In this document: piece after piece, positions 20,501-30,187 of the stretch
Position numbering within the stretch: the first letter of the stretch is position 1
How the letters are laid out: each line of letters begins with the position of its first letter
Virus record (IMG/VR): IMGVR_UViG_3300027887_000463
Span: 9,371 to 73,370 of that record
Strand: one strand, 5' to 3'
Source of the DNA: a virus
DNA length: 64,000 nucleotides
Program-made: the position numbers and the translations under genes
Notes under the pieces: generated by a model
Seen by the model: only the letters and a program-made list of their open reading frames with translations
What the model was told of the DNA's origin: nothing
Database searches by the model: none

Positions 20501-23500
20501 AATATCCTGTTATCGGTACTTCTTCTATTCCTTTTTATGTTGATGCCTACGGAAATTTCTATACAAAAATCACAGAGTATTTACAAACAGCTTATGAAAC
20601 AACCTCTATTTCCGGATTAACCTTAAGCCCAACTACACCAAAGAATATGCGAATCGAGTCGCTGATACCTCGTTCTTTCAATGAGAGTGGTTCAGGAGGA
20701 GGTTTAGTTTATGAGAGCTCGACTGGAGAATATAAATCGTTTACTTATACTAGTGCAAGTGTTACTTGGGGTGGTTTTGACTTTATTTATACATTATTAA
20801 ATTGTACTAGCGATGTTGGAAATATTGTTGTTCCAGTCGGTGGACGCATATTCGCACGCCGTTCCGTTACAACTATTAACGATGGTGGAGCGTTTTCTCT
20901 TTCAACCTATGGCCCAAGAGGTGTTTATATAGGAGGTACTAATGGTAGCAGTATTCCATTATTAAGAGTTGAACAATACGATAGCGATGCGGGAACTGAT
21001 TATCAAAGCCGTGCTGTTGAAATATATCATTACTCAAAATTCCATGGAAGTACACAACCACACTATGCACAATGGATTATTGGCGGAGGTTATGGTTCAT
21101 ATAGAGGATTATCGGTTTATGCGGATTCCACGGGATGGACTCCTACTGCAAGCGGGCAAGATACTATCCGTGGAGTGGAAGCAGATACATATGCCGAAAC
21201 AACGGCTGGATCAAATTATGCGTTGGCAGGAGTGGCTCAGGGCGGAATAGTTGCAGTGGGTATATATGCATCCGCCACTGGTGGTGGGTCTTTAGGTTCG
21301 TACGCCGGTATTTTTGCTAATGCTCCTACTCGCTTTGATAAACAATTACAAATAGCTGAGATTTCTTCCCCTACAACACCTGGAACGGGTTATGGATATC
21401 TTTATGCTAAATCCGATAATCTTATTTACTGGAAGAGCGATGCCGGAATTGAATACGATCTTACTGGAGCATCCTCTGCTTCTGGAATCACTTCCATTAA
21501 CACCCTTACCTCAACCGCTCAAACACTTGTTGTAGGAACAGCGGGTACCGGATTTAATATAGTTTCCACGGGTAGTACCCACACATTTAATCTTCCATTT
21601 GCAGGCATATCCACTAGCGGAATTGTGTCGACTGGAGTTCAAACCTTTAGCGGGCAAAAAACATTTAACAATAATGTTCATATAAATGGAAATTTAGTTT
21701 TTGATGGTACCTACACAATTTATCCTCAGGATGCCACTGTTGCAAATGATTTAACAATAATGGGTGGGGTGGGCTCCGGCTCCGGTGCGAGTGGTGGAAT
21801 ACTTTATTTAATGGGTGGTGAGGGTAATGGTATAGGCGACACCGGTATTGTGTCGATGGCCTATAACGGAACTAGTCTCGGAGGCGTTGTTATTGGTAGT
21901 AATGTGCTTACTGCCGGATATTTACTTGACGTATATGGTGATATACGTGGCTATAATATAAATGCAATAACAGCACTTAAACTTAATGGCGCTGATATTA
22001 ATACAGCAGGAACTCTTTCCAATGTTGCATATCTGAATCAAGCAAATCGGTTTACTGCGCGACAAGGCATATTCTCCGTAGCCCCACAACTTGTAGTTTC
22101 TGGATTGACTAACAGTGAGATTGAGGTACGTTCTACTTCTGGCGGCCCGGCGTCTATAAGCTTTTATAATGGAACAGATTTTTGGCAATTTGGTCATGCC
22201 ACTACGGTTGGATATTATCTATTTCAATATAATTCATCGACCAAGATGTCAATTAACTCGGCCGGACAAATGACTATAAACCGGATAGGTACTCCCACAC
22301 CTTTAGCAACTCTTGATGTTAACGGAAATGCCTACATAGCCACAGGACTTGATGTTCCCGAGGGTCCGGTTCACATAGGCGCCGCTGTAGGAGCTTTCAC
22401 CGCATCAGGAATAACCTTCGACAAGGCTAATCAATCACAGCTAGTTAATGTGTGGGGTATCGATGCTGCCAACTCGACAACATCAAATCCTGGATATTGG
22501 GGAATTTATTCGGTAGATGCTAATGGAAACGCCTCTCAATCATATGATATTCGCGCAACACATGACATTGCAATTAAATATGATACCGATAATACACATT
22601 CAGGAACATTTAAAGTATGGCGAGGAAATACTCTTGGTGGAGGAACCGGAGTATTTACACTTGATGCTACAGGACAAGCAACTTTAGTAAGTGGATTAAC
22701 CTTAGGTACATATTTACAACTTCCAGAAATCTCTGCTCCAACAACCCCATCCTCTGGATTCGGATTGCTCTATGCCAAATCAGATAGCAAGCTCTGGTTT
22801 AAGAGTGATACGGGGCAAGAATATAATCTTACTGCATCTGGGGTAACAGGACCAGCAGGTTCTAATTCATATGTTCAGTATAACGATAATGGTATTTTTG
22901 GAGGAACATCTAATTTCGAATGGGTAAACGCTAGTAACTCGTTGCTCATCACGGGTTCAATGCAAATTAGTAAGGCTACCTCAGGAACAATTTGGGCATT
23001 GAATAGCTTTACAAATGGTTTAGGACGAGTGTTGGAATTAGAAAATTCGTATGCAACAGTGGCGATAGAAGGTGGGCCGCGACAATATTTTCGAGCTACT
23101 CTTACAGGCGAAGGAGGAAACGAAAGCTTTGATCTTTCGGCTATCGCAGGAATTGTTGAAAATGGAGATGCTTTTGATACATATCAAGGTGCTCTGGCCT
23201 TCTATTATTTTGGAGGAGAGGGGACTGCTGTAACTGAAGGAGCACGTCTTGGATCTGATGGTATGTTTAATATGTGGAAAAATGCCAGTGTCTCCGGACT
23301 CATACGAATAAAAGAAATAAATGCTCCAACTACCCCTCCATCAACATATGGTTATTTATATGCAGGAACAGATAGCAAGTTATACTGGGCAAATGATCTT
23401 GGTACTACATACGATCTTACTGCCTCCGGAACTAGTGGTGGAGGTATTTCCTCTGTCGGTTCTCCCGCGGCAACCCAAGTAGCATATTGGGCTTCATCAA

Positions 23501-26500
23501 CAGCCCTAAGCGGTCATATAGGCTTTACTTATCTTCCCGGAACAAGTGCTCTGTCCGTAAGCGGTCTTATTGCTCTTGGATCCATTCCATCTTCAACAGG
23601 TATTCTGAGAATTCCAAATAACAATTCCATAGGATGGAGAAATGCTGCCAATTCAGGTGATTATACACTAGCTCTAAACAGTTCTAATTTATTTGCCTTC
23701 TCAAATAGTTTAACTGTTACGGGGGGTACTACAATTTCTACTACCCACACAGTTACTCAATCTACAATTACCGGCAATACTCCCGCATTCGATGGTTCGG
23801 CAACATGGAATAACTCCGCCGTGACTTTCCGGGGTATTGAGTTTGCAATAACAACGGGAGGTGCGGGGTATCAAACTACTTCTACACTTCTTCGGTTAAG
23901 AACAGATTCAGGCGATCGATTCTATGTCCAAGCCAATGGAGCAACACTTATTGGTTTGGCCGGGTCAGATTTAACAATTAACAATTCAACCGTCTATGCT
24001 ACTGGAGCAACCGTTTATACTGGCGATAACCTGCATGTGGGTGTATCAGATGGTCAAGCGGGGATAACTTTTCATGGAGCAAGCTCTGCAAATAAATGGG
24101 GTTTTTATAAACTTACCAGTACCTATGACTTTGTACTTTATAATTATACAAGTACTAGAAACGTCTTAAGATTTGCCGAAGCAGCAGGAAATCTAACTAC
24201 CCTATACGCCAACATGGTGATTGAGGGTACAACCGGATTCAACGCTAATGGCGAAACTGCACAGCTAAGTATTGGCGATACTAACCATTATGCTAAAGCA
24301 GTGTATGGTTCTGGACTTGCTTATGTAACCGCTACAAATGAAGACTTTACATACTTTGCTGGATCCACCTTCATATATCGTTTAGGTGGAACAGGTCTTC
24401 TCACTATTAAAGAATTAACAGCTCCTACAACAACAGCTTTGTCAGGATATGGATATCTCTATGCCAATACTGCTGATGGAAAATTGTATTGGAAAGATGA
24501 TGCTGGTACAGTATATGATCTAACTCTGGGAAGTTCGCTTCCTGCTGACAATATAACAGGATTAGGCGCTTCGAATCGAGTAGCTTATTTTACTGGAAAT
24601 TATACCATTTCTGGAAATAATAATTTCACTTACAACGGAAGTACCATTTCTGTAAGCGGTCTACTCGATTATAATTATACTACGGCTGATACTCATTGGA
24701 ATTTGGGAACACGTGCTCTTACTCTTCATGGTACGGGCGGGGCCGATGTTGGTTATACACAAATCGCAATGTATGGCGATTCAACTGGTGAGCGTCCAGG
24801 ATTCGTTATGGGCAGATTGGGGCCTGAATTTTACATTAATGTTGTTAACACAACTAACAGAGTCTTTTCAAACTCCTTCGCTGGACTAACTACGATGATC
24901 AGTGTTAGCGGCCTGGCCCTTGGTACACAGTCTGGTAATGCGGACCTAATGGTATTTGGACAAAAAGTAGGTATCAATAGAACTCCAACCGCGTATGCAT
25001 TGGAAGTAGATGGGGATATTAATCTAGAGGCGGGCCATATACTGCGCTATGCGGGAACAGATGCATTTGCTGGATATACTCCTACTTCTAGAACACTAAC
25101 GCTTACTCCTGGAGCGGGAATTGGCATTGCTCCTGGAGGAGCACAAGATCTTTCAGCTAATCGATCTTGGACAGTAACAGTATCTGGTACAATCGGGGCG
25201 ACTGCAACATGGAATGGTCAGGTTATATCTTCAACATATCTTGATGCAAATATAGCTTATAAAAATGCTAGCGCTAATATAACAGCCGATTGGATTTTTG
25301 ATGGCTCAACTTATCAGGGTATAACTGTTGGAGGGGAATCAGAAAACGGTGTTGTTAGATTTAAAACCGTAGGATCATATGGAACACTAACGTCTCTTGA
25401 CCTAGCTTCAGATTATACCTGGTATCTTCCAAATGCAAGCGGAGTTATTGCTCTCACTAAGGATCTTAACGCTTATTCTCCAGCAACTAGAACACTTACA
25501 TTAGTTCCGGGAGGAGGGGTTGGAATAACTCCTGGAGGAGCACAAGATCTTTCAGCTAATCGATCTTGGACCTTAACTGCGTCTGGAATAACTGTACTTC
25601 AAGGAGGTACGGGGGCCACAACACTAACTGGATGGGTCTATGGCAACGGCAGTAGTGCCATGACCGCCACAACAACCCCAACATTTGGGGCGGGAAGTAC
25701 TTGGAATGGTAACGCTATCTCGAGTACATATCTTGATGCTAATATAGCTTATAAGAATGCTGCCAATACATTCTCTCTGTCCCAAACAATTTCTGCAGAT
25801 CTTATTTTCTCCGGAGCCAATCGTACTATTTACTCGCTCGATGCTGCTACGGCAAGTGCGCTATATATAAGAGCAGGCTCATCATCAACTTCAGGCGGTG
25901 CTGGTGCTAATCTCTTTGTATGCGGCGGCCCAGGTAATGGGGCTGGAACTGATGGTAATGTTCTTCTTGCTTGGGATGGAGGCAGTATAGGTGCCGTAGC
26001 CATTGGACAAGGAACTGTTACAGCCACTTATTTACTGGACGTAGCTGGTTCTATCCGATCAAGTTCAAGTATTAATGCCGTAACATCATTCTTATTAAAT
26101 GGCGCTAGTCTTAATACGGGTGGAACTTTATCCAATGTTGCTTATAAAGATGCCACCAACCTCTTTACAGGAGCAATGAATGGCTTTTCTCAGACAGTAT
26201 CTGTTAGCGGACTATTAGATTATAACTATACAGCAGCAGACACTCGATGGAATCTTGGAACACGTGCTGTAGTTATAATAGGTACAGGTGGTTCAGATGT
26301 TGGTTATAATCAATTACAATTATTAGGAGGGTCAACTGGAGAGCGTCCGGGCCTTTCTATAGGACGTGCCGTAGGAGAATTAGGTATTTCTATAGCTAAT
26401 CAAACTAATAGAATCTTCTTAAACAGTGCTGCAGGTATTGCAACATTCTTTGATACTACCGGTATTCTCCTTGGTACGCAATCTGGAAATGCTGATCTGG

Positions 26501-27291
26501 CAATCGTTGGACAAAAAGTTGGTATTAATAAAACTCCAGTGACATATGCTCTTGAGGTCGATGGCGATGTAGACTTGGATAGTACTCACGTATATAGATT
26601 GGCTGGGGCGGATATTAATACGGCTGGCACATTAACTAATGTAGCGTATGAAAATCAGGCAAATACCTTTACTCAAAATAATCTATTCAATGGAACGGTT
26701 AATACCTTCTCCAGCAACGTTGTAGTCAGCGGAACATTGACAGCAAGAGCTACCAAGAATTATTTTGGTACCGCAAATTCTACTATATCCGTTAATGGTA
26801 TGTCGGTATATGGGTCTGGAAATACACGTGTAGTTGTTGAAGCTACGTCTGGTAATGCTGAAATTAATTTAGTACAAAGCACCAATACCTGGGCTATTTA
26901 TACTGGAGCAGGTTCTCTATTCTTCTACAATGGAGGAAATAGGGTTGAAATAGATACCTCTGGAAATGCTATCTTTGCCGGAGATGTTACAGCAAATGGT
27001 TCTCCATCCGATATGGTGTTGAAGATGAACATCAAGGATATGAAGCCTGCTCTGGATAAGATTCTGTCTATGCGACCCGTTGAATTTGACTGGAATCCAG
27101 AAAAGATTGAACGAAGAAAAGGACATGATGTGGGTCTTATTGCCCAAGAGGTTGAGAAGATTGCTCCAGAGTTGGTAACAACTGGGCAGGATGGTATCAA
27201 GAGAATTCATTACGATAAGGCAATACCACTTCTTATCGCAGCTATAAAAGAACTAAAGGATAGGTTAGACAATGTCGGTAGAGCTGAATAA
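17566..27291 (+). CDS. Giant modular tail fibre (3241 aa) with C-terminal peptidase-S74 intramolecular chaperone domain
   Basis: Internal ~45-aa repeats (EISAPTTPSSGFGLLYAKSD..W.KSD.G.EY.LTASG, four copies), GLIGGWxIGxxxLYS...APFRVNxxG repeats, duplicated ~130-aa modules, C-terminal SPSDMVLKMNIKDM...IAQEVEKIAPELV auto-cleaving chaperone signature. Confidence 0.8.
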   Translation: MASFLLKRTTDSIAYGTKVKNGRYVVGAYVVLYNSTTSTLIGQTQTDKYGRWYIIINTSTPDPGIYQVRFYGSGLISAEPPDGDWEFVEIVDTTAAQQGAVTYRGIWKVGTQYYGSAIYHEAVKAPDGKYYYSIADSLGVQPPNAGSWTYFSDQFASVATDLLLAQDVAVGRTITLGTALEDGGAGGILQTAGVTGLRSGTGGFYVKGSGLSELRIGTVDGANLVSGLLWDGPNNIFEIRSKNFSIDQYGNVTITGLITATSGLIGGWTIGPTSLYSNSGAGVGMSSGDWPFYAGDTNPANAEFRVSNAGALYASNATISGSISASSGVIGGWIIGPTYLYSTNVGLAPYDYPVFAGADYSSRASAPFRVNTAGSIYSISGIIGGWALDTNTLTALTNGQIRTGSSGTYITLDRNYLQSSTYISGNQGFRITSSTADAEFNNIVARGTFRASVFAIDEVNATGGTMMVTDAAEVVSGLTTPNDLSTTWYLCARKTYTNQAAMFGGPGTATGYVIRLKFADQAVNGVTDIWATRTSAAAVDGGTYWRFTVQNATVNSQNKNIYKGTAAVGYGTSTSKKIILTSDLGGSAVTPYIDMFTTGSSPWNGVTTNLRLGNLTGITDPSYGTLPSGTYGLYADNAYLKGAIVAASGLIGGWNIGSNYLYSTAGNGEGLAPLDYPFFAGAQYASRASAPFRVNTTGAIYSVSGIIGGWNLTPSQIFARSLVGSGMVSMYGFQASSDWWYGGFELKDWATWRTGNKARYHGFFGMSDNGSPPTKPEIVFYVGATTNTSPRSDAAFYIDMDGGMRFGGTQTQPGMTWDPNTNELTLSGIITATQGKIGGWNIGATSLYAGTGSSTVGLASSGGYAIYAGSATPSAAPFRVDPAGNVWATAGFIGGDDSSTGWEITTGSIATTLNGGEMFLSTVNLERAYASILGIDNYFAGLWTYYTGPIIPGSHEAYSSVNASTTSNVPVIFAGADTKYPVIGTSSIPFYVDAYGNFYTKITEYLQTAYETTSISGLTLSPTTPKNMRIESLIPRSFNESGSGGGLVYESSTGEYKSFTYTSASVTWGGFDFIYTLLNCTSDVGNIVVPVGGRIFARRSVTTINDGGAFSLSTYGPRGVYIGGTNGSSIPLLRVEQYDSDAGTDYQSRAVEIYHYSKFHGSTQPHYAQWIIGGGYGSYRGLSVYADSTGWTPTASGQDTIRGVEADTYAETTAGSNYALAGVAQGGIVAVGIYASATGGGSLGSYAGIFANAPTRFDKQLQIAEISSPTTPGTGYGYLYAKSDNLIYWKSDAGIEYDLTGASSASGITSINTLTSTAQTLVVGTAGTGFNIVSTGSTHTFNLPFAGISTSGIVSTGVQTFSGQKTFNNNVHINGNLVFDGTYTIYPQDATVANDLTIMGGVGSGSGASGGILYLMGGEGNGIGDTGIVSMAYNGTSLGGVVIGSNVLTAGYLLDVYGDIRGYNINAITALKLNGADINTAGTLSNVAYLNQANRFTARQGIFSVAPQLVVSGLTNSEIEVRSTSGGPASISFYNGTDFWQFGHATTVGYYLFQYNSSTKMSINSAGQMTINRIGTPTPLATLDVNGNAYIATGLDVPEGPVHIGAAVGAFTASGITFDKANQSQLVNVWGIDAANSTTSNPGYWGIYSVDANGNASQSYDIRATHDIAIKYDTDNTHSGTFKVWRGNTLGGGTGVFTLDATGQATLVSGLTLGTYLQLPEISAPTTPSSGFGLLYAKSDSKLWFKSDTGQEYNLTASGVTGPAGSNSYVQYNDNGIFGGTSNFEWVNASNSLLITGSMQISKATSGTIWALNSFTNGLGRVLELENSYATVAIEGGPRQYFRATLTGEGGNESFDLSAIAGIVENGDAFDTYQGALAFYYFGGEGTAVTEGARLGSDGMFNMWKNASVSGLIRIKEINAPTTPPSTYGYLYAGTDSKLYWANDLGTTYDLTASGTSGGGISSVGSPAATQVAYWASSTALSGHIGFTYLPGTSALSVSGLIALGSIPSSTGILRIPNNNSIGWRNAANSGDYTLALNSSNLFAFSNSLTVTGGTTISTTHTVTQSTITGNTPAFDGSATWNNSAVTFRGIEFAITTGGAGYQTTSTLLRLRTDSGDRFYVQANGATLIGLAGSDLTINNSTVYATGATVYTGDNLHVGVSDGQAGITFHGASSANKWGFYKLTSTYDFVLYNYTSTRNVLRFAEAAGNLTTLYANMVIEGTTGFNANGETAQLSIGDTNHYAKAVYGSGLAYVTATNEDFTYFAGSTFIYRLGGTGLLTIKELTAPTTTALSGYGYLYANTADGKLYWKDDAGTVYDLTLGSSLPADNITGLGASNRVAYFTGNYTISGNNNFTYNGSTISVSGLLDYNYTTADTHWNLGTRALTLHGTGGADVGYTQIAMYGDSTGERPGFVMGRLGPEFYINVVNTTNRVFSNSFAGLTTMISVSGLALGTQSGNADLMVFGQKVGINRTPTAYALEVDGDINLEAGHILRYAGTDAFAGYTPTSRTLTLTPGAGIGIAPGGAQDLSANRSWTVTVSGTIGATATWNGQVISSTYLDANIAYKNASANITADWIFDGSTYQGITVGGESENGVVRFKTVGSYGTLTSLDLASDYTWYLPNASGVIALTKDLNAYSPATRTLTLVPGGGVGITPGGAQDLSANRSWTLTASGITVLQGGTGATTLTGWVYGNGSSAMTATTTPTFGAGSTWNGNAISSTYLDANIAYKNAANTFSLSQTISADLIFSGANRTIYSLDAATASALYIRAGSSSTSGGAGANLFVCGGPGNGAGTDGNVLLAWDGGSIGAVAIGQGTVTATYLLDVAGSIRSSSSINAVTSFLLNGASLNTGGTLSNVAYKDATNLFTGAMNGFSQTVSVSGLLDYNYTAADTRWNLGTRAVVIIGTGGSDVGYNQLQLLGGSTGERPGLSIGRAVGELGISIANQTNRIFLNSAAGIATFFDTTGILLGTQSGNADLAIVGQKVGINKTPVTYALEVDGDVDLDSTHVYRLAGADINTAGTLTNVAYENQANTFTQNNLFNGTVNTFSSNVVVSGTLTARATKNYFGTANSTISVNGMSVYGSGNTRVVVEATSGNAEINLVQSTNTWAIYTGAGSLFFYNGGNRVEIDTSGNAIFAGDVTANGSPSDMVLKMNIKDMKPALDKILSMRPVEFDWNPEKIERRKGHDVGLIAQEVEKIAPELVTTGQDGIKRIHYDKAIPLLIAAIKELKDRLDNVGRAE
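25130..25172 (+). repeat. 43-bp exact direct repeat copy 1 (inside tail-fibre gene)
   Basis: ctcctggaggagcacaagatctttcagctaatcgatcttggac identical to 25529-25571. Confidence 0.8.
25529..25571 (+). repeat. 43-bp exact direct repeat copy 2 (inside tail-fibre gene)
   Basis: Identical to 25130-25172; flanking duplicated modules are otherwise diverged. Confidence 0.8.
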
Positions 27292-27820
27292 TAACTTTGA
27301 TTCGAGTACTAAGGAAGGTATCCGTATGACATCGGACGTAGAGTTCTTTAGAGATTCCGCGAATGTCCTCAGAACTCCCGATAATCTTACAATAGATCTG
27401 GATATCTATCAAGATGATGTTGTGTATCCATATGTATCATATAGTTTTGTTACAGGACTAACTACAATTACTATTAAAGTTAGAAGATTTGATGCCGCTG
27501 ATTCGGCAAATAACTATCATCACGTTCATTGGTGGATTAGTAGTTCTTCGTATGGAGCGCCTGCCACATTGCCAAACTATGGTTCAGGTCATACATTAGC
27601 ATTGACCTCGGGAACACGAACGTCGGGAACTGCACTTCCCATTACTTTAAATACAACGAATACCGGGCTACAAACACACATTACTACAAGCAACGAAATT
27701 ATTACTCTAACAATAACCGCTACCGATGGTGGGACTGGAAATCAAGCTACAGGTTATATTATGACAGAAGTACAGGGCGTATTATACTCGACTTTATTCT
27801 ATTATGACGACTCCGTATAA
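27272..27820 (+). CDS. Paralog 1 of a three-member tandem family downstream of the tail fibre (182 aa)
   Basis: Shares N-terminal SxxLxxSTxEGIxMTSDVEFxRxxANVxRTPDNxxIxxDIYQDDVVYPY and HWWxSxSxxG[AT]P with 28223.. and 28729.. Confidence 0.6.
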   Translation: MSVELNNNFDSSTKEGIRMTSDVEFFRDSANVLRTPDNLTIDLDIYQDDVVYPYVSYSFVTGLTTITIKVRRFDAADSANNYHHVHWWISSSSYGAPATLPNYGSGHTLALTSGTRTSGTALPITLNTTNTGLQTHITTSNEIITLTITATDGGTGNQATGYIMTEVQGVLYSTLFYYDDSV

Positions 27821-28232
27821 AAATATATTAGAAAAGCTTCAACAAGACGGCATACGCTTTGCCCTTACCGGAAGCTATATCATTCGCGATCTCGTTGAAG
27901 GACCACGAAAGGATCTGGATATTGTAGTTCATCCAGACGACGAAGAGAAGCTTGTTCAAACTGGGCTGGGAATACACGCTGTTTATGAGAGCCCAGAAAA
28001 ACTTTCCGGCCTTTTTCAAGTCAGGAAACAGTACATCATAGCTACAGAAGATGGTCCCTTAGATTGTATTATTCAGCTGTATGAGGGCTTTACATATACA
28101 GATGAAGCGGAGTTTGATATAGATCCGGATACGGGGTTTCCCTGTATGAGGCGCATGAGATTATATGATCTCTATATAACAAGATCTAAGGGTAAGAAGT
28201 TTAAAGATAGGGCTAAATTGATATGTCCGTAA
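27804..28232 (+). CDS. Minimal nucleotidyltransferase (Pol-beta superfamily, MNT-like), 142 aa
   Basis: hG[GS]x9-13Dh[DE]h signature: LTGSYIIRDLVEGPRKDLDIVV; inserted between paralogs 1 and 2. Confidence 0.5.
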   Translation: MTTPYKNILEKLQQDGIRFALTGSYIIRDLVEGPRKDLDIVVHPDDEEKLVQTGLGIHAVYESPEKLSGLFQVRKQYIIATEDGPLDCIIQLYEGFTYTDEAEFDIDPDTGFPCMRRMRLYDLYITRSKGKKFKDRAKLICP

Positions 28233-28741
28233 TACTGTCAAATGACCTGGGAGGAAGCACGTTAGAAGGCATTCAGATGACTTCTGATGTTGAGTTGTAT
28301 AGAAGCACCGCCAATGTGGGAAGAACCCCGGATAATTTTTCCATTGCCACCGATATCTATCAAGATGATGTCGTGTATCCCTATCTAACAGTCGGGGGAA
28401 GTGATAGCACACGAACTATCACCATCAAATGTCGAAAATTTAATGGTTCCGACTCTGCCAACAATAGAATGGTTGTTCACTGGTGGACAAGTACAAGTGC
28501 GTATGGAACTCCGGGATTTCTGGCGGGAGACCTTGGCTTCACCCCAAGTTTAACAGCAGGTACAAGCCTTACAACTCTCAGTTTATCAGCATTGAATACA
28601 ACGCTTACTGATTCAAACGAAACTATTACAGTATCTATAACAAGCTCAAACAATGATAATCAACAAACCTTTTATTTTATGGCTGAGGTACAGGGCATTG
28701 TCTATGGAACAAGCACAACTATTTTTATTTGGGTAGCCTAA
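28223..28741 (+). CDS. Paralog 2 of tandem family (172 aa)
   Basis: See paralog 1; start overlaps previous gene. Confidence 0.6.
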   Translation: MSVILSNDLGGSTLEGIQMTSDVELYRSTANVGRTPDNFSIATDIYQDDVVYPYLTVGGSDSTRTITIKCRKFNGSDSANNRMVVHWWTSTSAYGTPGFLAGDLGFTPSLTAGTSLTTLSLSALNTTLTDSNETITVSITSSNNDNQQTFYFMAEVQGIVYGTSTTIFIWVA

Positions 28742-29265
28742 TGTCACTTATACTATCAAATAATCTTGGGGGAAGTACGCTGGAAGGACTACAAATCACC
28801 TCTGATGTGGAGTTCTATCGAAGCGCGGCTAATGTCCTTCATACTCCAGACAGTCTATCCATTGACTCCGATATATATCAGGACGATGTTGTATATCCAT
28901 ATCTTCTTGTCGGGGGTACACAGCAATCCAGAACTTTCACTATTAAAGTTAGAAAGTTTGATGGAAATGATAGTGCTAATACAAGACACCAGGTCCACTG
29001 GTGGACTAGTACCTCGTCCTGGGGTGCTCCAAGTATTCTTACAGGAGGTTCTGGTATTTCAATAGCCATTACCACCGGAACAAATCATGGAACGGTAAGT
29101 GGAAGTGCTTTGAATACATCCTGGACCGATAGTAATGAAACGATTGTCATTACCGTAACTACATCGAATACTTCAGGCTCCTCAACATTGTATTTCCATG
29201 CTGAGGTTCAGGGAATAGCCTATCAAACGAGTGGAACCGTATATACAGTAGCATCGAGCGCTTAA
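28729..29265 (+). CDS. Paralog 3 of tandem family (178 aa)
   Basis: See paralog 1. Confidence 0.6.
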   Translation: MGSLMSLILSNNLGGSTLEGLQITSDVEFYRSAANVLHTPDSLSIDSDIYQDDVVYPYLLVGGTQQSRTFTIKVRKFDGNDSANTRHQVHWWTSTSSWGAPSILTGGSGISIAITTGTNHGTVSGSALNTSWTDSNETIVITVTTSNTSGSSTLYFHAEVQGIAYQTSGTVYTVASSA

Positions 29266-29266
29266 T

Positions 29267-30187
29267 ATGAAAATATATCTTCAACATATAACACCACATT
29301 GGATGAGCGGGGTAGTAACTCACAAACAGGATCTTCATGACGTTCTCGGAAGACGTGGCCATCAAATGGTTCACTCTATTGAGGAGCCGCACGACATAGC
29401 GTTTATTTACAATAACAAACCATCGAACATGGCCCCATCGCTCTTCCATCTTCACAACTATAATATACGGTCATATTATGAACAGCTGAAACCATATAAC
29501 TATTATAGTGTGAATAGCCAGTTTCAGAAACAACATTTCTATCTCATGGATGGGTTTGATCCTGACAAGGTATTCGTTCTTCCCAACTTTGTGGATGAAC
29601 GTAAATATACCCCCACGCATTGTACACAAAGGGAGAATAGTATTGTCCTCCTTGGCCGCGTACAGGAAGAGAACTTTGATCGTATTCGTACCTCGATCAT
29701 GGCTATGCAGTATCTCCCCGACTATACTCTTGATATTGTAGGTTGGGTGTTCGATTCAGGAAGAGACTTTGTGAACAACCTTATCACGGAGACGGGTGTG
29801 AAGAACGTCCGGGTCCTGGGCGAGTTGAGGGATATGGAGAAAATCGAGTGTATATGCTCCCATCAAATAGGGATAGGTGTGGGCAGGGCTATGATGGAGA
29901 TGACGCTCCTGGGGCTTCCTGTGCTCGTTTACGGGCACTCCTGGGGAGGTTGGATGACTCCTGAGCTTATCAATAAGCTTAGATTTGACAACTTTTCGAC
30001 TCGATCCCTGGCTAAAATTCCAGACACGGAAATGGTGGAGAGAATACTCACCTCCATAAAAGATCCCCGAGGCCTCAATAGGGCAGTAGCGTTTGAGGAG
30101 TTTGGCCTTATGAACAACGTCTGGAAATATGAAAAGGCATTTGAGGAAGTGCGGAAATTAATAGGAGGAAACGATGGCATTCAATAA
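29267..30187 (+). CDS. Glycosyltransferase (GT-B fold, family-1/GT4-like), in a locally GC-elevated segment
   Basis: C-terminal GT-B motifs (LLGRVQEEN..., EMTLLGLPVL resembling E-x7-E/EAMAAGLPVV); local GC about 50% versus about 42% background. Confidence 0.5.
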   Translation: MKIYLQHITPHWMSGVVTHKQDLHDVLGRRGHQMVHSIEEPHDIAFIYNNKPSNMAPSLFHLHNYNIRSYYEQLKPYNYYSVNSQFQKQHFYLMDGFDPDKVFVLPNFVDERKYTPTHCTQRENSIVLLGRVQEENFDRIRTSIMAMQYLPDYTLDIVGWVFDSGRDFVNNLITETGVKNVRVLGELRDMEKIECICSHQIGIGVGRAMMEMTLLGLPVLVYGHSWGGWMTPELINKLRFDNFSTRSLAKIPDTEMVERILTSIKDPRGLNRAVAFEEFGLMNNVWKYEKAFEEVRKLIGGNDGIQ

